The position numbers were made by a program, and so were the translations under genes. A stretch of DNA of 64,000 bases from Takakia lepidozioides (Eukaryota; Plantae; Bryophyta): contig CM060734.1 of the NCBI GenBank assembly GCA_030704615.1, positions 7,440,001 through 7,504,000 on the forward strand, given 5' to 3'. The notes under the pieces were generated by a model. The model searched no databases. It worked only from the letters and a program-made list of their open reading frames with translations, and was not told the origin of the DNA. Within the stretch, counting starts at the first letter, position 1, and each line of letters starts with the position of its first letter. This document shows positions 1 to 12,700 of the stretch, piece by piece.

Positions 1-343
1 GAGGTTTGGGGATGGGGCATTTGGATGTGTGGCGTTTATGGGCAGACCCTGCACAAGCAAGATATCGGGGCATAGTATTGCAGAGATATTGGCATTGTGG
101 ATGCCACCTCTCGTTCCCGCAGTGATGACGGTTGAATGGCCGGTGGTCCAGACTCTTTGGCGGCAGCTAGGATGAGTGGAGCATATTTTTGTCGTTTGTC
201 TAAAGTGGAGGAGCTGGGGTAATGATCATGGCAGTATGTAAATTTGATAAAGTGTATGGTGAGGTTTGGGGATGGGGCATTTGGATGTGTGGCGTTTATG
301 GGCAGACCCTGCACAAGCAAGATATCGGGGCATAGTATTGCAG
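1..343. repeat. Direct duplication: 1-83 identical to 261-343
   Basis: gaggtttggggatggggc...catagtattgcag read at both positions (offset 260). Confidence 0.9.
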
Positions 344-1456
344 GTATTTGCAAGGTGAGTGGGGCCGGCAAGTACATGAGAGTAGCCAAGGTGCTACAGT
401 GTGGTCAGGAGGTCTACCTTGGTAGGTACCGGCGTTGATGAGTGAGAACCATCTAGTTTCAATGCGGCGTAGGAGAAGTTTATGAATGTGCCAGACTGCA
501 TGGTTATGTCTGAATATACAAAAACCATGAATGACGGGGTGAGTATATTGGCTGAGGTGGTGGGGCCAGGTATCACGGATCATGTGGGTGCACGCGAGCA
601 AAGTGGACAGTTCGGGGATGGGTATAGGCGTGGCTAGAAGATGTGTTTGCGTTGGTGGCCCATGTACTGAGCAAATCTAAATTTGAGAGTTTGTCGTATT
701 TGTGCATCAGTTGCGACTTTGGTGTGCCAGAAGTGGTTTGACAATTTATGATGTAGTACTGTGGATTGCGTCCATTTTTGGATGTGTATTTTGGTGTGAC
801 TAATAGAAGCCAAGGCTTGTTTGTTAGCCTCCCGAATAAGTACGGTTAGGAGGTTGCAGATTGGTCGAGGCTCAGGGGGGTCTGCTATGGGGTATATCAG
901 CCAGAATGTGTGGGTGTGTGCAATGTGAATGGGATCCAACGTGGGATCTACTGGGGGCCGGGCGGCCCCTTGCTGGGCTAGGAGGTCGGCTGCTTTGTTG
1001 CCAGTAATACCAGTATGTGAACGAATTTTGATAAGGTGGATTGGTTGGTTCAAGGAAATAGCAAGATTGACGATGGCTGTACAATGAGGTTCCGGTCAGG
1101 GTGGTAGTGGTGGGAAGAGGGTCAAGACAAGTGATTTCGAATGAGACAGAGTGAGGTTAGACTATCAGTAAAAATGTAGTTTGGGGGGGGGGGGGGGATG
1201 AGGCCAACTAGGAGAGTGCTTCATAGATGGCCATAAGCTCTGCGCGTAGAATGGTGGCAGGGCCGGGGACTCTAAGGGCAACACCTTGGTTAGTGGCGGC
1301 ATGATATATGCCATAACCAGCTTGGGAGCCAGTTAAGGAGCCGTCGATATAATGAGAGTTGGCTGGGGGGTTGACGAACCCTGAGCACGCGCGGTCAGGG
1401 TGACGGCATAGTAGTCTAGGGGGGCCGAGGTAAGTTGCGATGTAGGTTGGGCTCAC
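36..1456 (-). mobile_element. Decayed non-LTR retrotransposon 3' part: RNase H followed by RHN/zinc-knuckle region and restriction-like endonuclease (Dualen/RandI-like)
   Basis: RNase H motifs YIDGS..GYGIY..RAELMAI (1208-1456) and HLIKIRSHTGITGNKAADLLA (634-1053). Then DTWPH..RHNHAV (296-601) and PDILL..FIKFTYC..DKRQKY (36-389). Broken by stops and frameshifts. Confidence 0.75.
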
Positions 1457-3099
1457 TGAACCGCCTACCCGACTGCGGTTAGTGCAGGGGGTCCGTGGTC
1501 GTACATGGTGGCTATGATCACTATCTAAGTCCTACCGGCAAAGAGAAATCACGTACTCCTCTTCAGTCTTCACAGGGCGAGTTTTCATTTCTAAGTCCTA
1601 CGGTATCCTACAATCTACTCAGTAACTGCCTTCCAAGTCTTTGTGTTTTATTGTCTAATTCCTACCACCTAGGCCCCCGAGCCGCCTATAGCCGAGACAT
1701 GTTTTAATCCCTTCACAAGGCACCTGCCGAGCCTAGGGAGAAGAGGGAAAATCGTCATTTTCCAATGCCCCTCCTTCGCCGAGGGCTTGAGTTCAAGTCA
1801 CCTCTAAATGGAAGGGCCAACGCTTCCTACCCCAGTGCCTAAATACTTTGTGTTAGCAAAGGAGTGGCCAAAATGCCTATCGTCATCCAATAGGTTCACT
1901 CAATTCAATAAGGTGGTTCTAAGCCCTTCAACTCAACAAGTTTTATCAGTTTAATCAACGCCTTGCAGGCTATAACGAGCACCACGTGCATCTATCCTAT
2001 TTAAGCAATTTCGCAAATCAGAAATGCTGGAAAATAATTTTTTTTTAAGAAAATCAGAAAAAAAATACCTCTCATATGGGAAATCATGTGGGGAATCCAA
2101 AGATACCCTTGGTGCCTAAAGATTCCCTTGGGAACCCACTGAGAACCGAGGAACACTCGGGAACCGTTCTTTGCCGCGGGGAACTGTCGCAGCTCTTTCG
2201 GATGAATGAATTTCGCTGAGAGCTCATCCCTGCCACTACATTCGTTAGTCCAGAACATGCACGCGTAAATAATAAAATAACCACTGGTGGGTCCAAGCCA
2301 GATTTCACCCCCCCTTACATTATTTTAAGGTGCTGGTGCGCTTTCCCTCCGTGGAAAAAGTCATCCTCTACTTTGGGCTCTGACACAAAGGCTCATTGTA
2401 GCCGAGTTTTTAGGACAGAGTACTTTATCTCCTCCCTTGTATCTCGAGGTCTCCGCCTCTAGCTCACTGCTCCCAGGCCTGCTTGGCTCTCTCTTAGAAT
2501 CCTAAGAACGCTCCCCTCCAAGGCTACATCCTCCCAAAATCCTAGATTTTATCTACCACTGGCGCCTTAGATAATGGCTCCTAACCCTTAGAGGGGTATA
2601 AATTGAATCTAATAGCTAAAGGTAAGAATACCCCCCTTTAAGGGAATTTGCAGACACATTGCCCGCTGGGTAAAACGCCCCCGCCACGTGGCGGGGCGCA
2701 GATCCGCGCGTAGCGGTCCAAACCGTGGACTGCTGCGGTTAACGCCAGCGTCCGCCAGTCCGTCTCAACTTTTGGTTATCCAGCGGGTAAAGACCCGCAC
2801 CCTGCTCGCACGCTTCAGGGCCTCACGCCTGAGCCACGCGGTTGATGTACTTGATCTCAGTACGACTTAAGGTCAGCGTTGGGGCCCCGCTCCCGTACGT
2901 CGTGGCTGGGCCACGACTGCCTCCACACTTTTAGTAATCGAGTCCCTACTCTCTAGGCGCAGCACCCGGGCTCCTCCCGGGCTGCTCGCGACTTTGGGGC
3001 AGCTGCTGTCAAGTGAAATTAGCCCGCCCAAACCCCAATACAAAAAAATACAACCCACCCTCCCCTAGGCCTCCATGGCTTGCTAGTGGGGGGGGGGGG

Positions 3100-3830
3100 A
3101 ATTAGCACATAGTGGCTTGATATCATAGATCCAGCCTACTGGCCTGCCTTTGCCAGAGCTGGCTATATTTCAAATTAGTAATCAAACACAAAGATTCCTT
3201 CTTCCAACAATTCAAATACAAGCCTCTATTGGTGCCCTTCCCAATAGACTATGGGGGTCTTCCCCTTGTCACTTCTAGACATGAAATAATGGGATTTCAC
3301 AATGCACTCTCCTCTTTTGGAGTCTAAATCAGATTTTCAACTTCAAGCTTTGCTTGGAAAACAAATGAATCACATACACAAATGGTGAAATGGTAAGATG
3401 GGATCAACCTTTCTATGCGAGAGTGCTTGGGATGCTCTATCGACTCAAGTAATGGTACTCTATGCGGCCTCCACTTGGGCTCTCGTCCATAAGTCCATAC
3501 CAGCCCCTCCTACTCGTCCTCAAGTCACTTTCCTCCACATGAAATTTCCCTCTTCCTTCACAAATGAAAATGGCTCAAAGGCCCACAAGCTAAGCCACTT
3601 GCCTTAGCTTACAAGAATCCTATCTAACTAGCGAGCTTCAAGCTCCACTCCCTAGGATCTAGCCCCTCCTCAAGCCAAAAGCTAGCAAGCACTACAACAA
3701 CAAGCAAGAGGAAACTAAGCAAATGAGCTAGATGAAGAATAAGAGAAGCCTTGCCCCCTCTTTTATACTGTTGTTGTGCCTAATAGACTAATGGAAAATA
3801 TTCATTAAACTATTGTTTCTTTGGAGGATC
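3100..3830 (-). mobile_element. LTR-like retrotransposon remnant (same family as the insertion at 48538-49095)
   Basis: Reverse complement of ~3640-3770 (tataaaaga...cttctcttattcttcatctag...gctagatcctag) aligns by eye with 48550-48670. Boundaries approximate. Confidence 0.55.
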
Positions 3831-4177
3831 TATAATATACTATTCCACATGGATGAAAAGTCTTAGAGGCAAATGAAAGTTGTCTTTTCATCCATCCAAT
3901 TGGATGACCAGTTGGCGCGAGTTGTCATTTCATCCATCCAGCTCCTCAAGGCGAATTCCAGGATTTTTCATCCATCCAAGAAGTAGAAATGCAAATAATA
4001 GGCCTTGTGAATGCCGTCAACTCAATAATTTGGCCCCGCTGCTAAACTTGGTGTCAAACTACAATTATATACCCCGTATCAGCCTGTAAATTCTCAGCTC
4101 CATCGGTGGTAAGAAGTTGCGCTTCTCGCCATTTGTCGTATTTTTGCTACACACATATTTTGTGGTATATTTGGAAA

Positions 4178-5625
4178 TCAAATCCATGGTGATGGCTCTG
4201 GGGTCTTTGACCCTGCCACTGAGTCATAGGTTGTCTGGAGTCCCCTCCAGTTGTCCCGCACCGCTAACAAGTCCACGCTTTGCCGTTTGAAGTCGTCCTG
4301 ACTTGCTGTCATTCCGATGCGGCCAATTGCTTTGTTGCGATATTCCATCGCTATACATGTCGCTTCCACCAATTGCCAAGCTCCTCGCCGTGTGTTCCTA
4401 CTGGACTTGAAAGGCGGGAGAAAAGAGAGATCGCAATATGGGACTGGAACAGTCGTCCTGTATTGTTTGAACAGGATTAACTCGCCGTTTCTAGTACCGA
4501 ATTGGCAGCCTAATCTGCTGTCGATGCAACTTCATACGGTCATCTTGACGCCAGAGTTCCACTCCATGGTCGTCGGAGACACTGTCTAATTTCCTATGTG
4601 CTCAGTCCACCTCTCCTAGGGGCGGCGCCCGGCCATCTCTTTGCGGGGGGGCCTCCCGGAGTGGGAACCTAGTGATCCATTGGTCCCAGTCACACACAGT
4701 CCCCAAAGGAGGGGGGATCCATCTGGATTCTGCCGGAGGACCCGGATACGGACTAGGTGGCAGCTGTGGAGACGGCAATGGAGGCCGGGAAGGGACACGT
4801 AGCTGGTCGGCTTGAGGGATTTCGCGTGGAGGTGGTACCGGCCGAGATGGCAGGGATGGCGATGGTGATGAGGAAAGAACATGTACAACAGGAGGAACGG
4901 AAGATGCGGATGATGGTGATGATGGGGGTGGCAATGTCAAGGACGAGGAATGTGTGTGTGTAGGTGGCAAGCGCTTGGCCCAGTGCCCAAAAATAGCAAA
5001 ACACGCATCGTACCCCGCTACCTCACAAACTGCATCTACGTCATGTTGCGCGAAAGAATGTTCACATCCGGAACGGGGTGGGGCTCGTAAGAAGGAAGAA
5101 ACCCGCATCGGTATGCCTCTTCAGCAAATAAATTGCGAGCTCCTATGTTGCTACGAGTCTCTGCCAGCAACCTGTTTGCTGCTATGTTCATGTCTCGTGC
5201 GCTCATGAGCATACCCGCCACGCCTGACTTCTCTCACCTCTCTCACCAGCCTGTCTGCTGTCCTGGAGGTTTTGTTCCTCAGCAAGCTCCACCAGGTTCT
5301 GATCTCCTGGGAAGTCGTCAAGTCGCACCACATTGTCGTCCTCAGCTTCTGTCAGCTCAATGGGCCGGCCTTCTGCAGATCCAAGTCCGACATCTCCAGC
5401 GGCCTCCACCGCATCCGTGTCTTGGGAAATTGCCTGCAAACCCAATATCTCAGCTTCCAGTCTCCCAAGTGGTTTTACAGGCAAAGCCATGGGCTCATTT
5501 TGCTTCCTCTGCTTCCGAACTCTAGGTGGGCTTTTCTGAGGCGATTTCTGAGGTGTTCTGTGAGGAGTCGCCTGCCTGGATGCAGTTCCAGCTTGCGAGC
5601 GCAGTACCCGGGCAGGAGTCTCCAA
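4178..5625 (-). pseudogene. Putative accessory gene of MULE-1, product unknown (low-complexity N-terminus, Pro-rich linker, Trp-containing C-terminal part)
   Basis: Successive minus-strand ORF pieces 5203-5625, 5036-5221, 4602-5108, 4178-4372 with protein-like composition, lying divergent to the transposase as in MULE-2. Confidence 0.4.
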
Positions 5626-6324
5626 AGTTGACTGTGTTGGGTCGACCCCCTGCTATCCCTCCCCAGCTCCCATGTCAAACAAACAGGAAAACATGGCACA
5701 CTGCACGCAAAAAAAAATGTGTAAAAGGAATAGTGCGTATGGAGGGCTTCACATCCGCGAAGCACAAATCTCTCACTGGTGGACGATCCGAGTCTCCGGA
5801 TAACGAGGTCTGCATTTCCTGCATGAAACGGAGCTTCAGTCGTGTCGTCGGCGGCTTCCCAAAATCTCGCATCCTCCTTCTCTGCGCTGGAGTCACCTGA
5901 CCTTCCACAAACTCTAGGCTAACACTATGCTGCATAAGGAAGAATGTCACCGCAAAAGGGCAAGGAGCGAGAGAGCGAAGTGGTGGAACATGCAACAACT
6001 GTGCACGAGCAGATATGCAAGCAGCCACGTCTCCCCAAGCGTTGCCACCGTCCACCACTTTCCGCCGTATGGGTGATGAAGAGATTGCGACCCCTGATAC
6101 GTTCGGACGGATGAAGTCACCTAGAACGCGACGCATGTCTGTTCAAGCCACCAGTAGAAGACGCTTTATCCGAATTGCGGCTCCGAAATACCGTTCCGTT
6201 CACCGGATGGTGTGCCCGGAGCAGCCGGCATTGAATGCACTATTCGCACATCATGAAACCCAACCGCCATGAAATCAAACCGCCAACCGACATTCAACAG
6301 TCAGGTCGGCACGTTTCATCCACG

Positions 6325-7450
6325 GACGGATGAATTTCGGCGCCGAAATTCATCCTATGCAAGTGCTTTCATATACAAACATTTGAATTTTGGCGCCGAA
6401 ATTCATCGCTTCCCCATCCTCATCCGTCATGAGCACACCTGTCAGTTGGATATCGGAACCGGAATTAATTCCGGAATAGTGGAGAACGCTGCACTTGGGC
6501 ACATTTCATCCATATTTCGGCGCCGAAATTCATTAAGAATATCTCCGTCCGCGCGCAGACGAGGTGAAATCATCCATATTTCGGTGCCGAAATACATCCA
6601 GCGCGAAGAGTAAATCGGCACCATGCTACGCTTTGCTGCCATCATTGCCCCTCACGGTTGCTGTCCATGCCTGTTGGACTTGCCATGTCTGGACTGTTAA
6701 GTATAATTTAAACAACGGCTGGAATGCAATTAATTTTCCCTTAACTTGAGAAAATATCCCCTTACGTCATTGGATAACGACATTTTGGAAGACATAAGGG
6801 GTTAAATGTGTCGATTTCCCCATTTAATGGAGAATATTCGTGTTTTCTCTGTCTGAATGGGTACTTTCATCCGATTTTCGGAACCTTACATTATCCAGAA
6901 GCAAGAAGTAAGTGTCGGGTTCATCCGAATTTCGGCGCCGAAATTCATCCGTCGCAGGAAAAATGTAATATTGGAGTTACCCTATGCCGACAATATGGAT
7001 GAATTTCGGAGCCGAAATTCATCGGTCGCAAAGGAAAAATATTATTGGAGGGAGGACTTTGGATGAATTTCGGCGCCGAAATTCATCCTTATTGTCGGCA
7101 CATGATTACTGTCATCCGGATTTCGACACCGAAATGCATACACGTGGTGTATCACGACTTTCAACACATTCATCCGTATTACGGCGCCGAAATTCATCAT
7201 TTATGTGCAAAAACAATTTCATGAAGAACATGTTCATCCGAATTTCGGCACCGAAATCCATCCGTTGGGTGCAAACTCAGTTTCATGAGGAAAACTAATT
7301 CCGAATTCCATCGCCGGAATTCATCCCGTCGCTTCCAAATCTGTCGCACGACAGACATGTTCATCCGGATTTCAGTGCCAAAATTCATGAAGAGGCCTGA
7401 TTTATTGAAGCCCAACTGGTGATACATGACAATTCAGGCACCCAATTTCC
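6325..7450. repeat. Array of ~15 palindromes GGATGAATTTCGGCGCCGAAATTCATCC (and variants) with mostly non-repeating spacers
   Basis: Core positions 6339, 6392, 6455, 6519, 6583, 6880, 6934, 7008, 7072, 7125, 7183, 7247, 7310, 7374, 7437. Confidence 0.9.
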
Positions 7451-7579
7451 GATGTAAATTTGTTGTGGTCGTCCGTATTTGTCACGTACGTTACACACCT
7501 TCATCCATACCTGCACTGATCACCCATCCTGTTGGATATAGAATCCTCTAGAAAATGATTGTGGTATTATGTAGGACAC

Positions 7580-10500
7580 ACTCTTCTCATTGCAAGACTT
7601 CGCTGCGGAGCCTACCGAGAGTTGTTGTCTTCAACATGGACTCTCATGTTTGGATAAACGTGTACTTCCATCCTGATTATTTGAAAGCTAAAATACCCTG
7701 CGACCAAGGATTTGCAATTGTCACTGAGCAGTAGTTGTGTGTGAAGTTCGGGCTCCGCCTGGGAACGGTGTTTTTGGAAGAGGAGACGAAGGATGCTTAT
7801 GGGAATTTTTTGGAAAGTGCCGTCATTCTGCATGCAGATTTCGGAAACGGCAAAGAGTGGCGGCTCCCAGCTTCTGAATCCATCCGGTACAGTGCAAATG
7901 GTGAAATCATGCCTAAAGAGTTCCCATGCTGGAACTTGGTTGATCCTCCTTCCACAAGAGGGTCTGGCGTGCAAGATGTGAAGTCTGCCATGAGGGATGT
8001 GGGCACCTCTTCACAAGCAGAGAAGCCCAAACATGTGAAAAGGGAAACCGAATCGAAGGATTTGCCGCTCCATCGCTCGTCGGTGGGTGCACTTTGCAGG
8101 AAAATAGTCGTCCACAACTTATCCAATGACGATGAAGACTGTATAGTCCTTCCATCGTATGTATCGAAGTCGTCCGTCACTAGGAGTGTGCAGATGTCGA
8201 CAGACAATGAACACACACCCTCGGACTCAACTTTCGTCCACTCAGTAATCGACATATTGCGGAGGATAAAGACAGCGGGTTCCCGCTCCAGTGACCTTCT
8301 TAGGCTTGATTACGGCAAAACTCCAATCCATTCTGTGGAAACTTTGCCTGAAGTTGTGGATGGGAATGCTATCTACGAGTTCCCTCCAGTGTCGCCAGGC
8401 GCAGGCCCAGATGACATGCTGGCAGGAATGAACAGGAAACATGATGGCCACCCATGGTGTGTCACCAAAACTTCATCATCCAATCTGGGTGATGGAGTTT
8501 GAGTGAGATATGTATTGTGTGTTGGACATCTTAAATGTTTCTCAAGCACATGTTACCACTACACGAGTAAAGGCACCCGAAATGAAACAGACTGGATTGG
8601 CAATTCGTCGACCCCATTTTGGCCTCAAAGTAGAGTTCTTGCACGGACTTTCAAGTGTGCCCATTGCAACGCAGCCCCTACGTGCATGGTAGTGTGCAAC
8701 GCTAAACAGTACTACGTCGGAACCGTCGGCCCAGCGTGCACCAGAACATGCATTCACATCGGAAAATATGACCACCCCGTTGCCAGAGGCAATTCCAGAG
8801 TCGCTTTTCAACAAGCCCACGATATTATCAAGGAGGAGATGAGGTTTGAGGCCGGGCGCAAAACCAAAGCAGATACAGCTCGCATCCGCACATAGAATTG
8901 CAATAGGCAGAATAATGTTGGAGGATGGAAGCACAAGAGAGAAGTTGGGCGAGGGGGACATGAAGGAGCTGCTGGAAGCTGTCTCCCATGTGTGCAGCCC
9001 CAATGTCAGGAACCACATTGTCGGCTGCAAGAAACGAATCGAAAGAGGATCAGACATGCACTCCATCTTGGAAGTGAAGCGCACATGCGGCTACGACTTC
9101 ATCTAGGGCAGCTTCTTCCCGGTCAAGGCTCAGAGACGGACAGATGCTTCATACTTAAGATGTCAACGTGCGGACCGGGGAGCGGTGTCGATTTGGTGAA
9201 GCGGATGACCAGTGGAGACCTCTCAAATTGCTGGGTCATGTTCGACCACATCAGGCAAATTACCAACCACGATTGGGTGACAATGGGGGCACATGTATAC
9301 GACCCACATTGCAGAAAGTTGATGACCATTGCTATCTGCGAAATGAATGGAGAAGACACAGATTCGGAGTTGCATATGTGGCGCGGAATTAATGAGCAAA
9401 TGGCAAGAGCAAAGTTGCCCCCTCCCGATTTTAGGGGCTTTATGGCTGACAATGCCCAGGCAAACTGGGCTGCAGTGAGAAGGGTATATGGGGATGACCC
9501 AAAGACTCCAATGGAAGGTAAGGAGAGATCTTGCGGGTTTCACTTCATGCAGAGTTTGACGCAAAATACGAAAAGGTTCGTGGCGTCACGCCACCGGCAT
9601 GATCATATCAGTATGTGCCTTGCGTGGAAAAATGCAAATTCCATCAACGAGGCGGAGACCGAGTTTGCAACCATACGCGCCTGGTGGGTGTCTTCAGGGG
9701 CAGTGGATGTGAAAGATCAGCCAGAACTGCAAACGTGGCTTGCGTGGTGGCAATGTAGATTCCGCCAGTTTGGAGATTACATGAGACAGATAACACATTT
9801 CTGTACTTGACAATTATTCTGTTTTGTGCTTGGACATTCTCCACAATGAGTGACATTTCTAATTTCCTTCAACAGGACATGAGCTTGGAGGATGACACGG
9901 ATATGCCGACGACGAACATGGCCAAATCGGTGCACTCTTCCTGGCGTGCTTCCTCTACGGCACATCTCGTTGACATGTTGACAGCAACAACAGAAGATAT
10001 TGTGAGGGCCATCATGCAACAATCTGGTTACTACCAGTTTCTAGGAGGAAAGCAATGGGGTATCCGACCAGACAGGCAGGAGATGCTGATGAAGGTGGCG
10101 CATCGTTCCACCGATCCCAAAAAATGGACTGCTGCATTACGAGAAACAATAAGGTCAACGCCGTTCCACAGTCGGGGGAACGCCTGGAGGGCGATGTCCG
10201 TAGCTGGCCGGTGAAGAGAAGAATTGAGGACATGCCCGGAGGCGACGGTGATTCATGGAGATTAGATATGAACATCCGTACTCAACCTCGGGGCGCAACG
10301 ATGTTGCGTCCGACGCCTCCTCCCAGCAGGACTCGTACCCCCTCTCCTGCAGCATCCATGGGATGGACAACATCCCGAGGATGAGCATGCTGCTCCTATT
10401 ATCATTACCCAATATAGCATCCCAGTCGTGGAGCGAGATGTGTCGGTCTCGCAGTGGAGAATTGCACGGACCCGTCCGTCATTTCGTGGCAAATATTGTG

Positions 10501-11270
10501 TTGTTCATGTCGACACCAACCAGAGATGCAATGAGATGATTCGAGGAGCCCGCAGGGAGGTGTGCCTACCCCTTGCTTCACAGGGAGATTTGTGTGCGCA
10601 AAGTTTGTGGAGACCACACTGAAGGAGTTCTAGTTCTGCAGGCACGACATCATGTTGTGTGTGTTCGGCAAGCCCAAGTATGGTGTACAAGGCATGCCTG
10701 AACCACCAGCAGTTTGGCCTGTGGCAACTAGTACAGATCTTACCCTGGAGGAGGCAGACGCTCTAGGATGTGTAGGGTTTTGACTGGTGGAGAGGACAGA
10801 CGTTCCACGAAATCCAATTCCGAGTTGTCATCCTCCTCCCACGAGAAACTCTTCACCCCGCATACCGGTGGGTGACCCCGCAGCTTGGCCCACCCATTGG
10901 TGGGGGAAACTGAAAAGACGGCGGCCACCAACAAAGGCAAATGACACCGGGATGACCAATGCTCTTGCAATGCCCTGCATAGTGCAAGGTTGCAGGGATG
11001 TTCCTCACCCCGGGATGGGGCGCATATTTCAGTTGTCAACAGCCGGATCTGCTGCGCGCAGTGTCATGTATGCAATCACGGTTTCTCAGTACCCAGCCTG
11101 CAACTGTGAGGACTTCCTTGTTATGGAATCGAAGAATGCAGCATACGTCCCCTACAAACACCTTTATTACATGTTCTGAAGCGCATGAGTTACATATCCG
11201 CAGTGGACGTCTTTATCCATGCTCCAACACTGAGCTTCAACGAGCTGCACAAGGCCCACGGCAGGATACA
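7580..11270 (+). pseudogene. MULE transposase (GCM/WRKY-like Zn domain, DDE, SWIM), disrupted
   Basis: HDGHPWC..CVGHLKC..CAHC..HIGKYDHP; MFDH, MADNAQAN, CGFHF, NMAKSVH (catalytic E appears as K); SWIM CNCEDF..YKHL. Colinear with the 29938-33438 protein; many stops and frameshifts. Confidence 0.85.
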
Positions 11271-12227
11271 TGATGGACTGCTTGACATTCCACATTCGGG
11301 AAGGAGAAAGTGGCAAGACTCCATACGACAAAGGACACGTCCCAACATACTGGCAGTGAATTGCAAAAAACCTTTACAGAAGATTATCCAAGCATGTATA
11401 TTCCCCATACTGGATTTCTGGAGGAAAATGTATGTGCCATGAGTGTCCGCGAGTCCAAACATGTCTACTCTAGCATGCAAGACCTATGGTCTCCTCGCCC
11501 AAGTAGAAGGAACTCGAACTGGCCTCTCAAGGACCTCCTGAGTGACCGGGTGCCGATATTTGAACAAAATGTCAGCGGGTTCTGTCGCCCGGTTGAAACT
11601 AATGAGGATGTCGTGTTTATCGATAGCGCCCCCTTTGTAGAAGGACATTTTCACAGTGGGCCTTGTGTTCCCCTCATCCTCATCCTCATAACTGAAGAGA
11701 ATGTCCCCACTTTCCGAGCCAGTCCGTCCACGCGTGAAGTTTTACCTATGCACTCGTCATACGTCCACTCGCAACAGTTCCAGCGATACAGCAACGTTGT
11801 GCGTGATCTGTTCAGCTCCCAGTCAAGTGGAAAGTCCAGGTCCATGATGCGCAGGAACCACCTGCTCCCAGCCGGGGTCCACGAGAATTGTGCAATCCTG
11901 GAAAAAACTCCATTGCTCTCAATTGGACAAGTCGAGGATCGTCCCTGTAAACATCTAGGAAGACAATGATGTCGTCTGCTCGATAGATGTGATTCGGGCA
12001 GGACATGGCCTCTCGACACAGCAAGAACACATAGCAGAGAGGAGATGGGCACATAAGTGAAGTGAAGAGCAAAATGAGAGCGAGGCCGGCGGAAGAGGGA
12101 AATATCATTGCTGCACTGCCAATGTTGTAGGCGGCAGAACTTGAATTTCCTCCCACATATGTGATTTTATTAGACAAATCCGCACCAGTTTCAGGACAGT
12201 TTGCATGTGGCACTTGTCGGCCCTATC

Positions 12228-12700
12228 CTCAATTTCGGCGCCGTTATTGGCAAAACTTCGTCGCCGTAAGCCGGGTATTTGTTCTCCGGAGCCCAATTTT
12301 GGCGCTGTTATTGGATGGACTGCGGAAGCTTCAGCCGGGTATTTGGTTTCCGGTGCCCAATTTTGGCGCCGTTATTGGTTGCACTCCGGAGGCCTCAGCC
12401 GGGTATTTGGTTTCCGGACCCCAATTTCGGCGCCGTTATTGGCTGCACTCCGCAGGCTTCAGCCGGGTATTTGGTTGGCGGAGCCCAATTTCGGCACCGT
12501 TATTGGCTTCACTCCCGAGCCTTCAGCCGGCTATTTCTTTTCCTGTGCCCAATTACGGCGCCGTTATACCCAACCATCCTGCACTTCTGTAATAGTACTA
12601 TCCACGGTTACAGGTCGCCATTGCGTTTTCGGAGTCTGCAAACCCGGATCCTAATTCCGCTTGCGTCCCTTGCTCTGGGGTAATTTCGGTGTCATTATTG
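12228..12700. repeat. 64-bp tandem repeat (~6 units) with core AATTTCGGCGCCGTTATTGG
   Basis: Cores at 12237, 12301, 12365, 12429, 12493, 12557; a degenerate one at 12688. Confidence 0.9.

Noticed and set aside
6325-7450. True CRISPR array
   Set aside because: Eukaryotic TE context, no cas genes, degenerate repeats and helically quantised spacing; kept as a binding-site array instead
11310-11969. 219-aa ORF after the SWIM domain
   Set aside because: Low-information Ser-rich sequence with no counterpart in MULE-2; cannot be assigned
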